Shown one piece after another: positions 55,191 to 64,000 of a stretch of 64,000 nt of DNA. A program made the translations under genes and the position numbers. How positions within the stretch are numbered: the first letter of the stretch is position 1; every line of letters starts with the position of its first letter. Where the stretch lies: assembly GCA_964016885.1 (NCBI GenBank), contig OZ024765.1:19840001-19904000 (forward strand). Direction: 5' to 3'. The notes below the pieces were generated by a model that did not search any database, was not told where the DNA came from, and saw only the letters and a list, made by a program, of their open reading frames with translations. The stretch is from Eledone cirrhosa. Taxonomy: Eukaryota.

Positions 55191-55364
55191 GATATTGTTT
55201 TAATATTGTATTGAGGTTGTGGGTTCAATTCCCCGACCGGGTGACGTGTTGTGTCCTTGAGCAAGTCTCTTTATTTCACGTTGCTCCTTCTACCTGGAGT
55301 TGCTACCCAGAGATAGCATTAACTGGAAAGACCAACGGAAACATCGTTTCCTTGGATTGTATTG

Positions 55365-58300
55365 ACACCCGACGTCAGCTGTATGACACCCGAGGTCAGC
55401 TGTATGACACCAGAGGTCAGCTGTATTGACACCAGAGGTCAGCTGTATGGCACCAGAGGTCAGCTGTATGACACCAGAGGTCAGCTGTATGACACCCGAG
55501 GTCAGCTGTATGACACCCGAGGTCAGCTGTATGGCACCCGAGGTCAGCTGTATGGCACCCGAGGTCAGCTGTATGACACCCGAGGTCAGCTGTATGACAC
55601 CCGAGGTCAGCTGTATGCACCCGAGGTCAGCTGTATGGGCACCCGAGGTCAGCTGTATGGCACCCGAGGTCAGCTGTATGACACCAGAGGTCAGCTGTAT
55701 GACACCCGAGGTCAGCTGTATGACACCCGAGGTCAGCTGTAGGACACCCGAGGTCAGCTGTATGACACCCGAGGTCAGCTGTAGGACACCCGAGGTCAGC
55801 TGTAGGACACCCGAGGTCAGCTGTAGGACACCAGAGGTCAGCTGTAGGACACCAGAGGTCAGCTGTAGGACACCAGAGGTCAGCTGTAGGACACCAGAGG
55901 TCAGCTGTAGGACACCCGAGGTCAGCTGTAGGGCACCCGAGGTCAGCTGTAGGGCACCCGAGGTCAGCTGTAGGGCACCCGAGGTCAGCTGTATGACACC
56001 CGAGGTCAGCTGTATGACACCCGAGGTCAGCTGTATGACACCCGAGGTCAGCTGTATGACACCCGAGGTCAGCTGTATGGCACCCGAGGTCAGCTGTATG
56101 GCACCCGAGGTCAGCTGTATGGCACCCGAGGTCAGCTGTATGGCACCCGAGGTCAGCTGTATGCACCCGAGGTCAGCTGTATGGCACCCGAGGTCAGCTG
56201 TATGGCACCCGAGGTCAGCTGTATGGCACCCGAGGTCAGCTGTATGGCACCCGAGGTCAGCTGTATGGCACCCGAGGTCAGCTGTATGGCACCCGAGGTC
56301 AGCTGTGTGGCACCCGAGGTCAGCTGTGTGGCACCCGAGGTCAGCTGTGTGGCACCCGAGGTCAGCTGTGTGGCACCCGAGGTCAGCTGTGTGGCACCCG
56401 AGGTCAGCTGTGTGGCACCCGAGGTCAGCTGTGTGGCACCCGAGGTCAGCTGTGTGGCACCCGAGGTCAGCTGTGTGCACCCGAGGTCAGCTGTGTGGCA
56501 CCCGAGGTCAGCTGTGTGGCACCCGAGGTCAGCTGTGTGGCACCCGAGGTCAGCTGTGTGGCACCCGAGGTCAGCTGTGTGGCACCCGAGGTCAGCTGTG
56601 TGGCACCCGAGGTCAGCTGTGTGGCACCCGAGGTCAGCTGTGTGAGCACCCGAGGTCAGCTGTGTGACACCCGAGGTCAGCTGTGTGACACCCGAGGTCA
56701 GCTGTGTGACACCCGAGGTCAGCTGTGTGACACCCGAGGTCAGCTGTGTGACACCCGAGGTCAGCTGTGTGACACCCCCCGAGGTCAGCTGTAGTGACAC
56801 CCGAGGTCAGCTGTGATGGCACCCGAGGTCAGCTGTATGGCACCCGAGGTCAGCTGTATGGCACCCGAGGTCAGCTGTATGGCACCCGAGGTCAGCTGTA
56901 TGGCACCCGAGGTCAGCTGTATGGCACCCGAGGTCAGCTGTATGGCACCCGAGGTCAGCTGTGTGGCACCCGAGGTCAGCTGTGTGGCACCCGAGGTCAG
57001 CTGTGTGGCACCCGAGGTCAGCTGTGTGGCACCCGAGGTCAGCTGTGTGGCACCCGAGGTCAGCTGTGTGGCACCCGAGGTCAGCTGTGTGGCACCCGAG
57101 GTCAGCTGTGTGGCACCCGAGGTCAGCTGTGTGGCACCCGAGGTCAGCTGTGTGGCACCCGAGGTCAGCTGTGTGGCACCCGAGGTCAGCTGTGTGGCAC
57201 CCGAGGTCAGCTGTGTGGCACCCGAGGTCAGCTGTGTGGCACCCGAGGTCAGCTGTGTGGCACCCGAGGTCAGCTGTGTGGCACCCGAGGTCAGCTGTGT
57301 GGCACCCGAGGTCAGCTGTGTGGCACCCGAGGTCAGCTTGACCCGAGGTCAGCTGTGTGACACCCGAGGTCAGCTGTGTGACACCCGAGGTCAGCTGTGT
57401 GACACCCGAGGTCAGCTGTGTGACACCCGAGGTCAGCTGTGTGACACCCGAGGTCAGCTGTGTGACACCCGAGGTCAGCTGTGTGACACCCGAGGTCAGC
57501 TGTGTGACACCCGAGGTCAGCTGTATGACACCAGAGGTCAGCTGTATGACACCAGAGGTCAGCTGTATGACACCAGAGGTCAGCTGTATGACACCAGAGG
57601 TCAGCTGTATGACACCAGAGGTCAGCTGTATGACACCAGAGGTCAGCTGTATGACACCAGAGGTCAGCTGTATGACACCAGAGGTCAGCTGTATGACACC
57701 AGAGGTCAGCTGTATGACACCAGAGGTCAGCTGTATGACACCAGAGGTCAGCTGTATGACACCAGAGGTCAGCTGTATGACACCAGAGGTCAGCTGTAAG
57801 ACACCAGAGGTCAGCTGTAAGACACCAGAGGTCAGCTGTAAGACACCAGAGGTCAGCTGTAAGACACCCGAGGTCAGCTGTAAGACACCCGAGGTCAGCT
57901 GTAAGACACCCGAGGTCAGCTGTAAGACACCCGAGGTCAGCTGTAAGACACCCGAGGTCAGCTGTAAGACACCCGAGGTCAGCTGTAAGACACCCGAGGT
58001 CAGCTGTAAGACACCCGAGGTCAGCTGTAAGACACCCGAGGTCAGCTGTAAGACACCCGAGGTCAGCTGTAAGACACCCGAGGTCAGCTGTAAGACACCC
58101 GAGGTCAGCTGTAAGACACCCGAGGTCAGCTGTAAGACACCCGAGGTCAGCTGTAAGACACCCGAGGTCAGCTGTAAGACACCCGAGGTCAGCTGTAAGA
58201 CACCCGAGGTCAGCTGTAAGACACCCGAGGTCAGCTGTAAGACACCCGAGGTCAGCTGTAAGACACCCGAGGTCAGCTGTAAGACACCCGAGGTCAGCTG

Positions 58301-58590
58301 TATGACACCCGAGGTCAGCTGTATGACACCCGAGGTCAGCTGTAAGACACCCGAGGTCAGCTGTATGGCACCCGAGGTCAGCTGTATGGCACCCGAGGTC
58401 AGCTGTATGGCACCCGAGGTCAGCTGTATGGCACCCGAGGTCAGCTGTATGGGACCCGAGGTCAGCTGTATGGCACCCGAGGTCAGCTGTATGGCACCCG
58501 AGGTCAGCTGTATGGCACCCGAGGTCAGCTGTATGGCACCCGAGGTCAGCTGTATGACACCCGAGGTCAGCTGTATGGCACCAGAGGTCA
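55365..58590. repeat. 21-bp minisatellite (about 150 copies)
   Basis: Unit gacacccgaggtcagctgtat with blockwise variants. Confidence 0.97.
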
Positions 58591-58634
58591 TGCTTTGGTG
58601 GATGTGTAGTGTTAATATGTGAGAACTGAGGGAG

Positions 58635-59260
58635 AAACTTGGTATAAGAGGAATGAGGTGTAGTGTGTAGGAGAGGAGACTGAGCTGGTATAGACATGTG
58701 ATGTGTAGGGGTGGTGACTGTTGAGAGATACTGTAGTATAAGAGGAATGAGGTGTAGTGTGTAGGAGAGGAGACTGAGCTGGTATAGACATGTGATGTGT
58801 AGGGGTGGTGACTGTTGAGAGATACTGTAGTATAAGAGGAATGAGGTGTAGTGTGTAGGAGAGGAGACTGAGCTGGTATAGACATGTGATGTGTAGGGGT
58901 GGTGACTGTTGAGAGATACTGTAGTATAAGAGGAATGAGGTGTAGTGTGTAGGAGAGGAGACTGAGCTGGTATAGACATGTGATGTGTAGGGGTGGTGAC
59001 TGTTGAGAGATACTGGGTATAAGAGGAATAAGATGTAGTGTGTAGGAGAGGAGACTGAGCTGGTATAGACATGTGATGTGTAGGGGTGGTGACTGTTGAG
59101 AGATACTGGGTATAAGAGGAATGAGATGTAGTGTGTAGGAGAGGAGACTGAGCTGGTATAGACATGTGATGTGTAGGGGTGGTGACTGTTGAGAGATACT
59201 GGGTATAAGAGGAATGAGATGTAGTGTGTAGGAGAGGAGACTGAGCTGGTATAGACATGT
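58635..59260 (+). repeat. 93-94-bp tandem array (about 7 copies) from RTE ORF2 C-terminus
   Basis: Unit encodes GIRGMRCSV*ERRLSWYRHVM. Confidence 0.88.
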
Positions 59261-59297
59261 GTATGCATATTTGTAATTGACTTGTTTGTAATTTCAG

Positions 59298-59344
59298 GAA
59301 ACAAGAAAGACAACTCAGGAATGATGAGATCAGGAAAAAATACG
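59298..59344 (+). CDS. PTTG1IP: PTTG1IP-like coding exon 6
   Basis: Acceptor ttgtaatttcag, donor gtgaga; (R)KQERQLRNDEIRKKY(G) matches the conserved R.DEIRKKYG motif; phase 2 to 1. Confidence 0.95.
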
Positions 59345-60011
59345 GTGAGATATTATAATTATCATCATCATCGTCATCCCCCCCACCATCATCATCATCA
59401 CCACTGCCATCAGCACCATCATCATCGTTTCCTGTCTATTTCCTATGTTGACTTTGGTTGACTTTACAGAGTGGACTGGGTGTATTTTATTGTGGAACCA
59501 GTGCTTCCACTTTACAGAGTGTACCGGGTGTATTTTATTATGCCACCAACACTACCACATTACAGATGGACTGGGTGTATTGTATTTTGACACAGTGCTA
59601 GCGCTTTACAGAGTGTACTGGGTGTATTTATTGTGACACCAACACTACCACTTTACAGAGTGGACTGGGTGTATTTTATTGTGGAACCAGTGCTACCACT
59701 TTACAGAGTGTACCGGGTGTATTTTGTTGTGGCACCAACACTACCACTTTACAGAGTGTACTGGGTGTAATTTATCATGATACCAGCAGATATGGATGTG
59801 TGTTTGGTTGTGTATATATCTGTATATTATATGTATATGTATAATATATATGTATATTATATATATAATATATGTATAATATATATGTATATTATATAAT
59901 ATATGTATATGTATAATATATATATATATTATATATATAATATATGTATAATATATATATATATTATATATATAATATATGTATAATATATATGTATAAT
60001 ATATATGTTAA

Positions 60012-60054
60012 ACCGAGCTGATGATCGGACTAAGGTGAAACAATTGTTCTCGGT
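60012..60054 (+). ncRNA. Minimal hammerhead ribozyme motif (GUU triplet)
   Basis: accgag CTGATGA tcggactaaggt GAAA c aatt gtt ctcggt; perfect 6-bp stem I, palindromic AAUU loop, weak stem II. Confidence 0.65.
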
Positions 60055-60130
60055 ATGGTGAACTAACTGTTGTAGAACTACTTCTAATATATATTTATAT
60101 ATATATATATATACACACGCACACATACAT

Positions 60131-60852
<722 letters not shown>

Positions 60853-60853
60853 T

Positions 60854-60885
<32 letters not shown>

Positions 60886-60906
60886 CACACTCACACACAC
60901 ACACAC

Positions 60907-60986
<80 letters not shown>

Positions 60987-60987
60987 T

Positions 60988-61018
<31 letters not shown>

Positions 61019-61101
61019 GTATACACACACACATACATACAATTATATATACACAATATATATCTCTATATCTATAAACTTGTTTTACCGCTCTCCGTCA
61101 G

Positions 61102-61139
61102 GAATCATCATCCGAGGTAAGAAGCTGTCTTTGTTATAG
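61102..61139 (+). CDS. Candidate PTTG1IP-like exon 7: 15-nt microexon (61102-61116) or terminal exon GIIIRGKKLSLL*
   Basis: Acceptor ttttaccgctctccgtcag, internal donor GAG/gtaaga, in frame with phase 1 from exon 6. Confidence 0.4.
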
Positions 61140-62359
61140 TTGGTGTTGTCTACTCTTGTTATTGTTGGTGTTGTCTACTCTTGTTATTGTTGGTGTTGTC
61201 TACTCTTGTTATTGTTGGTGTTTGTTTCTTAGTTTGTTTTCTTTTTTGTGTATTTTGCATGTTTCTTTCTATAATACCCACTCTCTGGGGACACACACAC
61301 TTATCACCATCATCACCATCTAACACCCATTTTGTACGCTTGCGTGGAATAGGATAGGCAGGTTGTCTGTCCCATTATGAGACAAGTCGGGTCTGGAGAC
61401 GACATCTCGCTCATATGGATCTGTATTTTATGGTTTGGTTTCTATGGATGGATGTCCTCCCAACCACATTACAGGGTGGACTGGGTGCTTTTTGTTGTGA
61501 CATCTAACGGACCACCGTACAGAATGGACTTGGAGCTTTTTATTGTGGCACCAAAACGACCACCGTACAAGGTGGACTGGGTGCTTTCTGTTGTGTCACC
61601 AAAACGACCACCATACACTTATTCTCACATATTTCACAACACGCATGCTCGAAATTCTAACGTCTTTTCCTTCCATTTAAATTAAATCTCCCAGCCTGAC
61701 TGGTCTTTAAAGACTTTCACACGGATAAAATTCTATCGTTATCTTGGCATCTTTAATTTTCAATGCATTGTAAGGCTTTTAAACTTATTTAAATTTACAT
61801 AAACAAAACCTTATCTACCTTTGCACATTGTCTTCTTTGGTGTTATAAAATTAGTATCAATAAACTTTCCTGGATATACTCTTATCCCAATCCTGTACAT
61901 ACTTTCCGATTGTCACTTTGTTTTTTTTCGTGTGATACGCGAAGGAACCAACCAACAAACATCTCTCTTTTATATCTCTTTTATTTGTTCATTCAAAATA
62001 TTTTTCAGCTAATTCTGTCGTACAATATACATCAGCAATCGTTATCTAATGTTTAAAATATATGAATAGCTGCGATATATGCACCATATCAATCAAAAAC
62101 GATATGAGAATTGAATACCATACTAAAGCGCCAGTAAGCTTGCTAAGAATCTGCAGATAGAAATGTTAATAAATACAACATTTGGCTTGGCTAAACTTTA
62201 AGCTTGTTCTTTCATTGTAGGTTTCTTTTCTCAGCCAGTACGTTAAAGAAAATTGATAGTTACAACAATAAATGTTGAACTGAGAAAAAATTTTTTAAGA
62301 AACTTTACAATAATTTGTACAACTATAATGGAAATTCCAAGTAACAGAAAATACATAGA

Positions 62360-62545
62360 TTACATTGTTAGAGCCTCAGAGTGTACAATAGTTTTTGTTC
62401 GGCCCTCGGGAGCAAAGATGAAGAGATTGTTTGGCGAGCTCAACCTAGAGCATCCTACATACAATTGACCATGGTTTCCCAGATGAAGGCCAGCCACATT
62501 TAGGGTTTGACCCTGAGCTTTGTTGATGGTAATCGCGGAGCTTAG
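62360..62545 (-). mobile_element. Helitron RepHel (Pif1-like helicase) C-terminal fragment
   Basis: AITINKAQGQTLNVAGLHL...HGQLYVGCSRLSSPNNLFIFAPEGRTKTIVHSEAL, helicase motifs V-VI typical of Helitrons. Confidence 0.85.
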
Positions 62546-63087
62546 TCTCTCTGTTGCTCTAGTAACATTTTTTTCTTCTGGAAAATCTGATCTTGCGGCC
62601 AGACTAGGACTTTTTGGGTGGCATATCGGCAGTAACAACGACGATAAGCCGTCTGGGCTTTCGTGAAATAAAAACGTTTGTTTATATTTTGTTTTTGTGT
62701 ATGGAAAAATATCTGTACACGAATATATAATTATATATATATTATATTAAAATAACAGATTAAAGTTTAAGCAAAGAATCACTGCTTTCACCCTTAATGG
62801 GATCTTCTGAAACTAAAAAAATAAATCTGTGAACGCAGAAGTAAATATTTCGAAAAACGTTGCAACCGAAAGAAAACAGGAAGATGATACTTTGGTTCGT
62901 GGAGACGTTAGGAATGTCGTATAACCGGAAGTGTTGACATTTGAAAATTTTAAAGAAGTGAATATTTAAATAATGTCTTTAATCTTTTAACAAAGTTCAG
63001 TAGACAAAAATACCCTCACTTTCTTACATGGAAAAAGTTACATCTATGGTGCAAATTTGGTGCCATTTGTTCCAGCCGCTTGGTGGA

Positions 63088-63395
63088 AAGTTTGTTACTT
63101 ACATACGGCCGTCAGCTTTATAGTATAGATATATATATATGTTTGTTACTTACATATGGCCGTCAGCTTTATAGTATAGATATATATATAAGTTTGTTAC
63201 TTACATATGGCCGTCAGCTTTATAGTATAGATATATATATATATATGTTTGTTACTTACATACGGCCGTCAGCTTTATAGTATAGATATATATATAAGTT
63301 TGTTACTTACATATGGCCGTCAGCTTTATAGTATAGATATATATATAAGTTTGTACTTACATACGGCCATCAGCTTTATAGTATAGATATATATA
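63088..63395. repeat. About 48-54-bp tandem repeat (6 copies)
   Basis: gtttgttacttacatayggccgtcagctttatagtatagat(at)n. Confidence 0.9.
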
Positions 63396-63724
63396 CATCA
63401 TCATTATCATCGTTTAACGCGCAGCTTCCATGCTAGCATGGGTTGGATGGTTTTGTCCCACTTGAAGCAAGATTGGTCGGGAGACCATCTCTCGCTTGTA
63501 GAGAACTGTCTCTGGCAGGTTTTCTACAACTGGATGCCCTTCCTAACACCAACCATATTTACAGTGTGGACTGGGAGCCTTTTTACCGTGTCTCCTACAT
63601 GACCACTTTACAGCAGCCTTTTTTTGTTGTGTATCGACACTATGGACGGAAATGGGGGGATGGTGGAGGGTGCGGTGTACATTGGTTTAAGTTTGTAAGC
63701 AAGGGAAGGCGGGTCTTCTGTATA

Positions 63725-64000
63725 ACTTCATAGCGCCAAAGATCTTGGTCCAGTGACATTGTTTTAGAGGTGTAAGTCAGCTAGGTCAGTTTTTATCAGC
63801 TCGTCCCAGGTTTTTCTTGGTCTACCCACTCTGTAGCTTCCATCAATTTTCATTGCCCTGCACTGTTTTATACAGCTGTTGTCCTTCATACACATCACAT
63901 GTCCATACCAACGCAACCTCCTCTCCTGCAGACAACATTTGATACCTCCTATGCTTAGTCTCTCTCTCAATTCGTTCGTGCACATTACTATTACACATCC
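63725..64000 (-). mobile_element. RTE LINE 3' fragment (runs off window)
   Basis: NELRERLSIGGIKCCLQERRLRWYGHVMCMKD...GRPRKTWDELIKTDL. Confidence 0.88.

Noticed and set aside
53777-59258. Long His-rich and heptapeptide-repeat ORFs on both strands
   Set aside because: Products of ATC-rich and 21-bp arrays, open in several frames; intronic to the PTTG1IP-like gene

Overview
Eukaryotic, extremely repeat-rich genomic DNA; the SINE/RTE repertoire and (TA)n/(ATC)n richness resemble a coleoid cephalopod (octopod-like; inference only). Almost all long ORFs in the track are artefacts of tandem repeats or decayed LINEs. One real gene is recoverable by reading splice sites: a + strand PTTG1IP/PBF-like type I membrane protein with six phase-compatible coding exons (4358-4541, 38065-38114, 40836-40944, 48155-48263, 52192-52257, 59298-59344; 565 nt over about 55 kb) plus a candidate seventh micro/terminal exon at 61102. 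Its introns hold tRNA-derived SINEs, RTE-type LINE fragments (one with a twin-priming inversion), hAT- and piggyBac-like MITEs, a Helitron fragment and more than a dozen minisatellite arrays, most traceable to transposon pieces. The most notable unannotated signals are (i) about a dozen minimal type I hammerhead-ribozyme motifs (CUGANGA...GAAA, palindromic loop III, mostly AUA cleavage triplet), several in long palindromes, and (ii) two arrays of the same 123-bp unit in inverted orientation bracketing exons 2-4. Repeat boundaries and copy numbers were estimated by eye.
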